Below are positions 29,799 through 38,657 of a stretch of 64,000 nt of DNA, in pieces. The position numbers and the translations under genes are program-made. The stretch's first letter is position 1. Every line of letters begins with the position of its first letter. The notes under the pieces are model-generated. The model worked only from the letters and a program-made list of their open reading frames with translations. It had not been told where the DNA came from and ran no database searches. This DNA comes from a virus, in the IMG/VR virus record IMGVR_UViG_3300029267_002792. One strand, given 5' to 3'.

Positions 29799-31289
29799 TT
29801 ACAGGTTATTCACGGTCAGCTGGCCATAAAAATCTGGCCGAAGCAGCTTCTTGGCGTACCGCGTGCGGAGACCCTTGCGGAAGCTGAAGTCCGATGGATC
29901 GAGGAAGGTCGGAGTGACCTGGAGTGGCACGTAGGGAGCCCAAACGAAGCCGCTCTCCAAGAAGGAGCCGCCCTTCAACCCGATCATCATCTTGTTGGTC
30001 GTGAAGAAGGGGTCTTCGTAAACGGTCCACTTGTTCATGAGCGTTCCGGTCTTGTAGATGGAGAACTGACCGTGGCTCGTCCTGGGCCGCATCATGATGT
30101 CGGTGGGCGAGTTCGGGTTCATGTCTCCCGACCAGATCGGCTTGAAGTCACCGTGTGTGGTCAGCTGGGTCAAGAGCGCCGAAATCTCGGGGCTCGTGAC
30201 GATCCAGTTGGCAGGCGCGCGGAGCGTCTTCTTGTGGATGAGATTCGAGACCGTGCTGATCTGCGTGATCATGGCACGCAAGTGGTCGATCTCGGAGATG
30301 CCACCCGGAGGGATGCGATCGAAGGTACCAGTCGTCCCGGTCGAGTTCAGGAACAGGTCCTGAATGATCTCACGGTCGATTTCCAGCGCAATCTCCTGCG
30401 CGATGATCGACACGATCTCGGTCTCGGCGTCGAGGCCGTGGAAAGCTCGGAGATCCTCCGCCGCCTCGGACGACCACAGGGCCTTGAGCCGACGCGGCTT
30501 GGCCTCCACGGGGGACTTCTTGACGTCGAGCTTGACCTCGGGGACCTTCGTGTTCAGCTCGCCGTCGAAGTAGTAGTACGCCTTGACCTGGTTGCCGGTG
30601 GCCGGCGGGTTCGTGAACAGGAAGCCGGTGATGGCACCGTTCGAGTAATTGATCGTGCCCGCAGTGACAGCACCAGTGAAACCACCGGACCCGTCGTCGG
30701 TGGCTTCCTGCACGGTCGCGCCAGCCGAAGACACCTCGCGAACGATGCACGAAAACCCACGAGTCGCGTCCAGTGGTCGAACTGGCGTCCAGGCGAGGTC
30801 GGCATCGAGCGGGGTGCCCGCACCACCGTAGTTGACGTTGTCTCCCGTGACCAGCGGTTCGCCGTTGACATACTCACTGGAGTAGTCCCGATCGAAATCC
30901 CGAGGGAAGACCGCACCCTCGGTCGTGCCGCCCTTGGTGGAGCCGTACACGTAATCTAGGAAGAAAACCGCGCCGATCGGAGCGGTCATCGGCTGGACGC
31001 TGACGATCTCGTTCGCGATCAGGTTGGGGAAAACTCTCCTCAACACCGGGAAAATGAACTTGGTGAACGAGCCGACGTTGACGGTCCTTGTCTCCTCCGT
31101 GAGAGACTGGAGCCACAGGGACTCGTTCTCCATGAGCATGGCCGTACACCCGAGGATGTACCGATCCTGCTCTGAATAGTCGGCGAGGCCCTCCAGGAAG
31201 TCTCCCCACTTCCGAATCAAGGCCCCGACGTAGCTCTGGTCGGCGATGGTTTGACGACCTTCTTCTTGAAGCATCTGTCGAGCTTCCAC
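29799..31289 (-). CDS. Major capsid protein, T4 gp23-like (496 aa)
   Basis: LRRVFPNLIANEIVSVQPMTAP.G.VF.LDY; RRLKALWSSEAAEDL.A.HGLDAE.E....A.EI..EIDREI; YAPY/WAPYVPL; TRYA. Confidence 0.95.
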   Translation of the reverse strand: MEARQMLQEEGRQTIADQSYVGALIRKWGDFLEGLADYSEQDRYILGCTAMLMENESLWLQSLTEETRTVNVGSFTKFIFPVLRRVFPNLIANEIVSVQPMTAPIGAVFFLDYVYGSTKGGTTEGAVFPRDFDRDYSSEYVNGEPLVTGDNVNYGGAGTPLDADLAWTPVRPLDATRGFSCIVREVSSAGATVQEATDDGSGGFTGAVTAGTINYSNGAITGFLFTNPPATGNQVKAYYYFDGELNTKVPEVKLDVKKSPVEAKPRRLKALWSSEAAEDLRAFHGLDAETEIVSIIAQEIALEIDREIIQDLFLNSTGTTGTFDRIPPGGISEIDHLRAMITQISTVSNLIHKKTLRAPANWIVTSPEISALLTQLTTHGDFKPIWSGDMNPNSPTDIMMRPRTSHGQFSIYKTGTLMNKWTVYEDPFFTTNKMMIGLKGGSFLESGFVWAPYVPLQVTPTFLDPSDFSFRKGLRTRYAKKLLRPDFYGQLTVNNL

Positions 31290-31374
31290 GGTTTGCCTCC
31301 GCCCCGAGTCCCGCTCTCACGGGTTCCTGTGTTCAACAGGCGAGGTGTCAACCTCTGCCGGTCGGGTATCCGGT
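31290..31374 (-). ncRNA. Structured 5' leader RNA motif, copy upstream of major capsid
   Basis: ACCGG-AUACCCGA-CCGG CA GAGGU/ACCUC G CCUGU/ACAGG AA CCCGU-GAGA-GCGGG, then UCGGG and GGAGG. Confidence 0.8.
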
Positions 31375-31427
31375 CTGCTAGATCATTCTGTCACGGCGGA
31401 GCGTCGTTGCCCGCCAGAATCTCCCAC

Positions 31428-33092
31428 TCAACGCCTCATGCCCGACAAGTTCTTCAGATCGGACAGAGACACTCCGAGCCCATTATAGTTGTCGGCCCTG
31501 CCTCGATGAGACCTGACCTCCTTTGTGTCTTCCTGTAGATGCTCGTACCCGCCTTGAAGCTTCGCGCGGACACGGGCTCGAACATTCTCCAGATCGTCAA
31601 CATCTCGAGTCGGCTCGCGGAACTCCTCAATCACCGCATCCACGTGTTCCCGAGACTGAAACCCGGATCGTTCCAGCATGCGAAGGATCTTCGCACCCCA
31701 CGGATGAGTTTGCAACCTTTCACTCGCGTAGACCCTTACAGCGAGATCGCGGTTGGCCACGAGCGCCTTCTCCAACCCCTCCGCCAACTCCTGGTTTCGG
31801 GCTCGGAGAGCATCCGCCTCTTCTGTCTGAGCGCGAAGAACCCGCTCCTCTTCGAGGCGAACCGTACGCAGCTCCTGCATGGCCTCTTCAACGCTTTCAC
31901 GAAGATCGTCCGGAGTTTCGTATTGGGCAACGTCCCCAACGATACCTCGAATGCGTCTAGCATCCGAGTTGTCCTCGTGAAGCAAACACTCCAAGTGATA
32001 CCTATACCCTGCTTCCCGAGCCGCCTCGGTCAACGTTCCGATCAGCGACTCTTGCTGCTCGATCGTAGCCTCGGCTTCTTCGAGCTGGGAACGAAGCTGC
32101 GTAATCTCCTCGTCGCGCTCGGCAACGAGGGCCGTAGCATCCTCGGTCAGAGCGAAGGGCAGCAAAGCACGCTGCACTTCCTCCAGGGCCGCCCTGGCCC
32201 CGGCCACAGCAGGGTCGGTCGCCATCTCAGTGCGCACCTGCTGCTCAACATCAGCGCGCAATGCCGCAATGCGATCCACGAGCACGGATGCGAACTCTTC
32301 ACGCAAACGCTCGACCGGGACCGGGTCGCCATTCATGTCCTGAAGGACGCGATCCGCAAACCGCTGGGCCATCTCGGCCTCACCAGGAGGAGCCGACGAC
32401 ACGTTAGGAGCGTCAGATGTTTCCGACTCCTCCGATGCCTCGACCTCCTCTTCCTCCCTCGAAGCGGCCTCTACCTCTTCCTCGGAAGCCGGCTCAACCT
32501 GAGCATCCAAATCCGCACCCTCAAACATCATGGCCGCACCGCTCTCGGAACTCTCGAACACCGCCTCAGGGTAGGCCGTCGGATCAGCAGGCTCGGCAAC
32601 GAAATCGAAGGTGATGAGCTTGTAGTCGTCCTGAACTTCCTCAATACCCTTCCCGTCCGGCTTCGTACTCCCGAATCCTCGAGAGCTGATGCCGACAGGA
32701 ACACCGGCAGCCAAGATGGCTTTGAGATCACGACCCTTGGCCGTATCCAAGATCTCCGCCTCACCAATCACCTGATCGCCCTTCAACTGAAGATCAGTGA
32801 TTACGTGCGAAGCGCGCTGAAGAGCTGTCCGACCGTCTGTCGGATGGTCTAACTCTCCAATCACTTTTCTGGCTTGCAGGTTCTCCTGGAGGCGGGAGAT
32901 ATTGCTCTCCCAAATGCGATGACGATAAAAACGGCCATTGGCAGTTGGCTTCGCCGCGTGGCCGAATTCGCCACGTGCGTACACACGGCCCTTCTTCTCG
33001 CCCTCCCCTTCAATCAGCTCGAGTTTGCAGTGTTGAACCTGCTCATCGATCAGCTGATTTTTCAGGGACTGGGAGTCGACAGGAGTACTCAC
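31428..33092 (-). CDS. Prohead protease (T4 gp21-like) fused to an acidic coiled-coil scaffold (554 aa)
   Basis: NGRFY, GELDHP, SHVIT, GISSRGFGS, TFDFVAEPA; C-terminal ~350 aa helical and Glu-rich. Confidence 0.9.
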   Translation of the reverse strand: MSTPVDSQSLKNQLIDEQVQHCKLELIEGEGEKKGRVYARGEFGHAAKPTANGRFYRHRIWESNISRLQENLQARKVIGELDHPTDGRTALQRASHVITDLQLKGDQVIGEAEILDTAKGRDLKAILAAGVPVGISSRGFGSTKPDGKGIEEVQDDYKLITFDFVAEPADPTAYPEAVFESSESGAAMMFEGADLDAQVEPASEEEVEAASREEEEVEASEESETSDAPNVSSAPPGEAEMAQRFADRVLQDMNGDPVPVERLREEFASVLVDRIAALRADVEQQVRTEMATDPAVAGARAALEEVQRALLPFALTEDATALVAERDEEITQLRSQLEEAEATIEQQESLIGTLTEAAREAGYRYHLECLLHEDNSDARRIRGIVGDVAQYETPDDLRESVEEAMQELRTVRLEEERVLRAQTEEADALRARNQELAEGLEKALVANRDLAVRVYASERLQTHPWGAKILRMLERSGFQSREHVDAVIEEFREPTRDVDDLENVRARVRAKLQGGYEHLQEDTKEVRSHRGRADNYNGLGVSLSDLKNLSGMRR

Positions 33093-33096
33093 GTCC

Positions 33097-33342
33097 TCAT
33101 CCTCGCTTCCACCGGAAGTTGGATCGGAACGGGGTGCGGCCAGTTATGGTGTCCAACACACCCCCAAACCCAGGACGGTCGAGCACGGAACCATCCCTAC
33201 CGACAGTACGTGTCTTCCGCTTCACTGGGCTCTTCTCCACTCCGACCACTTCTTTTCTCCCCGAAGAATACGCCGTTCGGCGGCGCCTCCACGATCCGCC
33301 CTTCTTTGGCGGAAGGGGCCGACGCCGCTCTATTCGTTTCCC
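33097..33342 (-). CDS. Predicted -1 frameshift extension (79 aa, basic) of the acidic prohead core protein
   Basis: G GGA AAC heptamer at 33342-33336, 7-nt spacer, then a hairpin; the -1 frame stays open to TGA at 33099-33097, 4 nt before the next start. Confidence 0.65.
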   Translation of the reverse strand, partial: GKRIERRRPLPPKKGGSWRRRRTAYSSGRKEVVGVEKSPVKRKTRTVGRDGSVLDRPGFGGVLDTITGRTPFRSNFRWKRG

Positions 33343-34235
33343 TCGTTCTCGCCTTCGCCGATCTCCTCGTCCGAATCACCTTCCTCAGAGTCGTCGGCAT
33401 CAGCATCGGAGTCGTCATCCATCGCCTCGCGGATGACGGCGTAGGTCTCCAGACCGCTCAGGACCGTACCTAGATACTCATTGAGCATCTCAGTCACAGC
33501 ATCGAGGTTGATCGCGTCCGGGTCCTCGGTCTGAAGTACAGTCACAATCTCCGCTGAGCACTTGGCGATATCCTCGTAGGTCTCGGCGATCTCCGCGTAC
33601 TCCACATCATCTTCGACCGTGGCCAGCTCCTCGAAGAACCCGTACAGCTTCTCGGCAACGAGGGCCAGGTTGGCGAACGCCGGTGCCGCCTCGTCCATCG
33701 ACTGCGGAGCCCCCACGTCCTCGTCAAGGAGAGACTCGATCGCTCTCATGGCCTCAGCCACGGACTCGTACGGGTGTGCCTGCCCCGACCCATCTTCCGC
33801 ATCGTCAGCGTCAGTCTCCTCGTCGTCATCGAGGCCCTCCCCGATAACGTCCCCGGAAAGCTCCATGACGGACTCTGCGAAGCCTTCCAGCTCCTCCATC
33901 TGGTCGTCACTGAGATCGACAGTCTCGACACCGGCCTCGCCCCACTCATCCCACTTCGACTTCAAGGCGGCGTGGAAAGCCAAGGCCTCCGTCACACCGG
34001 ACTCGTCCGTGTCCTCGTCCTCACCTTCGGCGTCGGCATCGACCTCGTCGTCTGCCGACTCGGCCGCCTCATCGGACTCATCCGACTCATCAGTGCTCAG
34101 CTCGGACTCAGCCTCAGCCTCCTCCTCTGTCTCCTGAGCATCTTCCTCGTCGCGGTGCTCCTCCGTGATGAGGCCGATCCGTCGAAAATCCTCCTCCACG
34201 GAAGTAATCACTACCGGATGTCTCAATAGACTCAT
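33330..34235 (-). CDS. Very acidic prohead core/scaffold-like protein (301 aa)
   Basis: Asp/Glu-dominated; AGGAGG before ATG 34235; lies between portal and protease. Confidence 0.7.
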   Translation of the reverse strand: MSLLRHPVVITSVEEDFRRIGLITEEHRDEEDAQETEEEAEAESELSTDESDESDEAAESADDEVDADAEGEDEDTDESGVTEALAFHAALKSKWDEWGEAGVETVDLSDDQMEELEGFAESVMELSGDVIGEGLDDDEETDADDAEDGSGQAHPYESVAEAMRAIESLLDEDVGAPQSMDEAAPAFANLALVAEKLYGFFEELATVEDDVEYAEIAETYEDIAKCSAEIVTVLQTEDPDAINLDAVTEMLNEYLGTVLSGLETYAVIREAMDDDSDADADDSEEGDSDEEIGEGENEGNE

Positions 34236-34245
34236 CTCATTCCTC

Positions 34246-35148
34246 CTAGTTGGCCTCAATCATCCGATTGGCCACCACGACGGCGAAGCGACTCGCAACC
34301 TCGCGGTCACGCAGTCCCTCGACGATTGTGTCGCAGAGTTTACCACGAGAACGGACATCGTCCATCATCTCTGCAGCCTTGGAAGCCGTCTCGTGTAGCG
34401 AACGCAGGTCGCTCAGCAAATCCCCAGCGAACTGCGCGAACATGGCCGTTACCTCGTCATCTGGGTTCGAGAGTAGCCCGGCCACTGATTCCAGCGACTC
34501 GCTAACCTCGTCCCGGAGACTCCCCAGCCTGTTGAGCACGATCCGCAAATCCTCGATCACTTGATCCTCGTCGCAGTCACACTCGTGCTGCGTAGGCAAT
34601 GCGATCGACTCATCATACAACTTCCCGAACTTCGGGTGCAACTGGCCGCCTTCGCCAGCCAGCGAGGACTCCGCCAAGAATCGAACCACGAATTCGCGGC
34701 GAGCCTCCAACACCCGTCGCCACAAGCGAGGAGAGAAAACGACTGCCGAGACCCGAGAAACGTCGTCATTCGGAAACGCAGCCAGCGGAACGAGCATTTC
34801 TAGCAGCCCTACAGCTCGCTTCACCGAACCACCCAAAAACAAGTCCACTACCCTCGTCGCCTCGCGCTCCACAAAACTCCGCACGTTCCCTGGAGTGAAC
34901 ACCTCGGCATCAAAATCCCGTAGGACGGGTCCCGACTCGCTCAAAACCATCCGGAGAAACCGACCATCGGAATAAACGATCGCCCCGTCCTCCCGAGTGG
35001 CCACCACCTGGAAGGGGGTCTCACCTAGCAACAGCCGAACGATCACTGCCGCTTCCTCGATCTTCTCCTCGTAGCTCCCGGACCGTAGCCTCCGGAGTTC
35101 GCTACCCGGCAGGAGTTTTTCAGAACGAGCGATCATATTGGCCGACAC
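34246..35148 (-). CDS. Hypothetical head-module protein (300 aa)
   Basis: ORF between portal and core gene; no motif recognised. Confidence 0.65.
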   Translation of the reverse strand: MSANMIARSEKLLPGSELRRLRSGSYEEKIEEAAVIVRLLLGETPFQVVATREDGAIVYSDGRFLRMVLSESGPVLRDFDAEVFTPGNVRSFVEREATRVVDLFLGGSVKRAVGLLEMLVPLAAFPNDDVSRVSAVVFSPRLWRRVLEARREFVVRFLAESSLAGEGGQLHPKFGKLYDESIALPTQHECDCDEDQVIEDLRIVLNRLGSLRDEVSESLESVAGLLSNPDDEVTAMFAQFAGDLLSDLRSLHETASKAAEMMDDVRSRGKLCDTIVEGLRDREVASRFAVVVANRMIEAN

Positions 35149-35178
35149 TATCCGCTTCCTGGACCATCTGTCAAACAG

Positions 35179-38100
35179 TTAGCGCCCCCGAGCAGCAGAG
35201 GCTACATCCCGAATCAGCGCCACGCTTTCCTTGAGCCGACGGCTCTGAGCATCGCTCGACCGTAGGATACGATCAAGCTTTGTCTCTGCTCGCTTCTCCG
35301 CCTCCCGACTCCCTCTAAGCAATTCTTGTTCAGAAATACCGCCACGAAGCCTACGTGGGAGCGAATCGATCTTGCGCTCCAACATACGCATCCCAGACCG
35401 GAACCCTGAAGGCAACCCCAACGACTCCACGCCCCCTCCCACAGCGGCCGACGCTCGCTCAACATCAGCCTGAGCTTGCGCGCTCATCTTCTCGACCTCG
35501 GCCTGCGCCTTACCCTCGCGAATGACATCCTCGGATCGCTCCTGAATGATGATCCGGATGTCCTCCTCCGACAGCTGGTAAACGTTCTCCAAAACCCACC
35601 GAAGGGAAACGTGCTCCTTCATACGAGCCGCCAAGTCCGCCCGAGCGTTCCGAACCTCCAACTGCGCCAGCTCGAAAATCGCTGACGGCACAGTCATGTG
35701 AATCGTGTACTCGTGGTCGTACGGGTTGACGTTGATTGCGGCCAAGTGCGTCCGGCTGATCTTCCTCAAGCCGTTCCGAATCTCACGCTGGACCCGGAGC
35801 ACAGAGCGAGCGAACCGGACATCCTCGCTGGAGAGCACGGCGCGAGCCGTATTCTCGTCCTGAGCAAGATATGCCTTCGGCACCTTGAGTGCGGAAAACA
35901 TCTTCGTCTGGAAGTACTCGACGTCGTCCATGTGCTGCCAAGAAGGACCACCGAGAACCTCAATCCGAGTACCCTCCACTCCTTGGCGGACCGGCACCCA
36001 GAAATCGTCATCCTGGCTAAGTGGTTCAAATTTCAGGTCTAATTTACCTGTGGAAGGGTTCACAAATCGCTTCTTCTTGTGCTGCTGCCGAATCCTGTTC
36101 ACAAACGCCAGCGCCTCCTGGGGAGGCAAATTACCTACATCTACGTAGAACGCAAAGCGCTCAGGCGCTCGCTGGAGCCGGTAGATCATGGCAGCGTCTT
36201 CCAGGAGCATCAATCGCTTCCATATCCAGCGCGCAGGCTCGAGAACGGAGTTGTGAACGACGAGCCCGTCAGCAACAAAGTTGTGCGCTTCGTGATCAAC
36301 CTCAATGTCGTAAACAGGCTCAGGCGGAGTATCCTGCTCGGTGACAGAAAGCACCCCCTCCAACTTGAAAGGCCCGTCGAACAACGGCGTAGTGTGGAAG
36401 TGAATAATATACCCAGGCCCTGAATCCACCACCTTACCCATCATGGCAGGATGCGTCGACACCACACCACGACGCGCCCCGCGGGTACAGACATTCCCAC
36501 ACGTCCAACCCAACCCATCGATAAGAGTTTTCAGATCGCGGACCAAGTCGTAGTTGCTCAGCTCCACTCGCTTCGCCCGACACCCAGCCTGCTCAACCTC
36601 CCAACCGTCAGCCGCTACAAACCCCGCAACAAACGCCTCCCTGATATCTCGCGACGACTCAAACACCCACTGTGGCACACGCTTATCATGAGAACCATTG
36701 ACAAACCCGAGCCCTCGCAAAATGTCCACGAAGTCGGCCGAGTGAACAACAAGCTGTCGAAGGACACGAACCTCTTCTCCAGTGTCCTCATTGACAACCC
36801 TCTGATAGCGCTCCTTCGGCTCCAACCCATACACCCGAAACCGCTCACGAATGTTCTCAGTCAGTGATTCGTCCAAACTGACAGCCACACCAACATCATG
36901 CCCCTGCGAGGTCCATCCATCGCCCAAGAGCAACCCAAACAACCACGCAAATTCCTCGTCCACATACTCAGGGCACCGGACGAAGTTCCCTCGGCATCGT
37001 CCATGAACCACAAACGCCCCAGGGCGTGCCAGCTCAGGAACTGCCCCACACATCCGATCAAACACATCCCGAACAACACTTCGATCACCGGCACAAAATA
37101 CGTCAGCCCCGGCGTCGATATCGCTTAGCCCGGTCCTTCGGTAGAAATACCGCTCCCCTTCTCGAAGTCTAGCCACCGCTTCGACCCCTTCAGAGGTCAA
37201 CCGCACTCGATCAAACACCTCCGGGCTCTTAGTCCGTGTAAGTACCCCGTCAACCTCAGGAGGACGAGGAAGAACAAGTCGATCACCTCGACACAACTCC
37301 GAAACAGGCTTGTAGGTCAACAAATCGGTCTCGCTGAACACCATCACAGGGTGCTCTGCCGTGGCAAAGTTTTCGCGATGCCGAGTCTTGATCGAATAAA
37401 CCTTCTTCTCTCCACTACGAACCACGTCAAGAACCTTCACCCCGATCATTCGGCTGTTGTCCATAACATGAACAACGTCTCCGGGACGTAGGTTCTGGAT
37501 CTCCTTCACCCCGAACGGGGTAGAGACCTTTGACGTCGCCCTTTCGCAATAACCGTATACACTTCGGCGATGCTTTCCCCGCAAGCGAAAATGGGCGACC
37601 TCCCAAGGTTCGAGCGCATTGACCCGCTGAAGCATGTTCCCGGGCACCCGAGCCTGGCCCGGCTGCATAGCCTGGCGAATGGCATCGGTACGCTGAGCGA
37701 GGATCTTCTGAAACCCCTGAGGACTATACCCGAATCGACCTTTGAAATCCTGGACGAACCCGTACAGCTCCCCGCGCGGGCCTTCCACGCGCCGGACCGT
37801 AGGAGCGGGGAGAAAATTCAGACCGACCACACCCTCATCCGTGACAAGCAGCTCCTCAAAGTCGTTCCCGTACTTGACGAGAGACCGCACTATCTCCCAA
37901 ATCTCCTCGTCAAGTCGGAGGCGCTTGTAGAACAGATCGTCCAGTACACCTTGAAGGGTCTTGTCCGGACTCGACACCCACACCGTTCGTTGAAGCTGAG
38001 TATCGGGCTGAGAAGCATCGTCCGCGTACACGTCGATCGCTGATGCTATCTCGGGATAGTCATCCATCTCCTCGTAGTCGACGTATCGGCTTAGGAGGTC

Positions 38101-38277
38101 GTGTTCGAGCCGGAGATAGTCCGACAGAGCGTCGTACCCGTAGGCTTGCAGAAGGTCGTACCCCGAATCCGGGTAGGTCGGAGACGTGCTGCCCTTCGCG
38201 AGCAGCTGTCCCCCACGCTCTTTATCTGCCACGAACGCGCCGCGTAGGCGATCAATGACGTTCTGTACAGCGCCCAC
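35179..38277 (-). CDS. Portal protein, T4 gp20-like, interrupted by an intein (1032 aa precursor, about 599 aa mature)
   Basis: YEEMDDYPEIASAIDVYADD; RSLVKYG..F; LLEDAAMIYRLQRAPER.AFYVDVGNLP; DDFWVPVR.G..GT.IEVL.G; ALKVPKAYL; EDVRFAR. Confidence 0.95.
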   Translation of the reverse strand: MGAVQNVIDRLRGAFVADKERGGQLLAKGSTSPTYPDSGYDLLQAYGYDALSDYLRLEHDLLSRYVDYEEMDDYPEIASAIDVYADDASQPDTQLQRTVWVSSPDKTLQGVLDDLFYKRLRLDEEIWEIVRSLVKYGNDFEELLVTDEGVVGLNFLPAPTVRRVEGPRGELYGFVQDFKGRFGYSPQGFQKILAQRTDAIRQAMQPGQARVPGNMLQRVNALEPWEVAHFRLRGKHRRSVYGYCERATSKVSTPFGVKEIQNLRPGDVVHVMDNSRMIGVKVLDVVRSGEKKVYSIKTRHRENFATAEHPVMVFSETDLLTYKPVSELCRGDRLVLPRPPEVDGVLTRTKSPEVFDRVRLTSEGVEAVARLREGERYFYRRTGLSDIDAGADVFCAGDRSVVRDVFDRMCGAVPELARPGAFVVHGRCRGNFVRCPEYVDEEFAWLFGLLLGDGWTSQGHDVGVAVSLDESLTENIRERFRVYGLEPKERYQRVVNEDTGEEVRVLRQLVVHSADFVDILRGLGFVNGSHDKRVPQWVFESSRDIREAFVAGFVAADGWEVEQAGCRAKRVELSNYDLVRDLKTLIDGLGWTCGNVCTRGARRGVVSTHPAMMGKVVDSGPGYIIHFHTTPLFDGPFKLEGVLSVTEQDTPPEPVYDIEVDHEAHNFVADGLVVHNSVLEPARWIWKRLMLLEDAAMIYRLQRAPERFAFYVDVGNLPPQEALAFVNRIRQQHKKKRFVNPSTGKLDLKFEPLSQDDDFWVPVRQGVEGTRIEVLGGPSWQHMDDVEYFQTKMFSALKVPKAYLAQDENTARAVLSSEDVRFARSVLRVQREIRNGLRKISRTHLAAINVNPYDHEYTIHMTVPSAIFELAQLEVRNARADLAARMKEHVSLRWVLENVYQLSEEDIRIIIQERSEDVIREGKAQAEVEKMSAQAQADVERASAAVGGGVESLGLPSGFRSGMRMLERKIDSLPRRLRGGISEQELLRGSREAEKRAETKLDRILRSSDAQSRRLKESVALIRDVASAARGR
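36250..37548 (-). mobile_element. Intein with LAGLIDADG homing endonuclease (433 aa) in the portal gene
   Basis: Starts at Cys (GY|CERATSKV), ends VVHN|S; block B FATAEHPV; LAGLIDADG motifs FGLLLGDGW and AGFVAADGW. Confidence 0.93.
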
Positions 38278-38618
38278 TATCCCCTCGCAGCCAGATACTC
38301 AGAGAAGGACCGAGCAAACTCTTCCGATCGAAGAAGATACCCTACGATTCGTTTCGCTACCACCTTCGGGAGATCGGGAAGGTCAGCGTAGTCAGCCGGC
38401 CGCAGCGATGCCTGTTCCAGCTCGTCGGCCAACACCCGAGCTGCGACAGCACCAACATCGCGATACAGACCGTCGAGAGGCATTCTCCGCACCACTTGGT
38501 CAGCCACATCCAACGACAGCTTCGAGGGGCGAGTGAGCACAGCTCCGGTGCCTCCGGGAGCCACGTTCATACTGGCACCGAAGATCTCGTCCAGCTGTTG
38601 TCTAAGTGCGCGGTTCAT
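38277..38618 (-). CDS. Hypothetical protein (113 aa)
   Basis: GAGG ribosome-binding site; TGA overlaps the portal start. Confidence 0.65.
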   Translation of the reverse strand: MNRALRQQLDEIFGASMNVAPGGTGAVLTRPSKLSLDVADQVVRRMPLDGLYRDVGAVAARVLADELEQASLRPADYADLPDLPKVVAKRIVGYLLRSEEFARSFSEYLAARG

Positions 38619-38657
38619 GTAGTCCTCATACCATGGTCAGCCAGAACTTGGAACCGA

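Noticed and set aside
33225-33332. TAG readthrough or stop-codon reassignment
   Set aside because: In-frame readthrough hits TGA after about 35 codons. All long genes are intact under the standard code, and TAG, TGA and TAA each end genes next to downstream starts.
33197-33418. Track ORF of 73 aa (+1 frame) after the acidic core gene
   Set aside because: It overlaps the real gene, has low-complexity shadow composition and ends about 100 nt short of the next gene. The -1 frame fits the slippery site and the gap better.
35140-35172. TTGACA-18-TAGTGT promoter-like sequence after the portal gene
   Set aside because: Suboptimal spacing and the -10 overlaps the GTG start; too weak to call.
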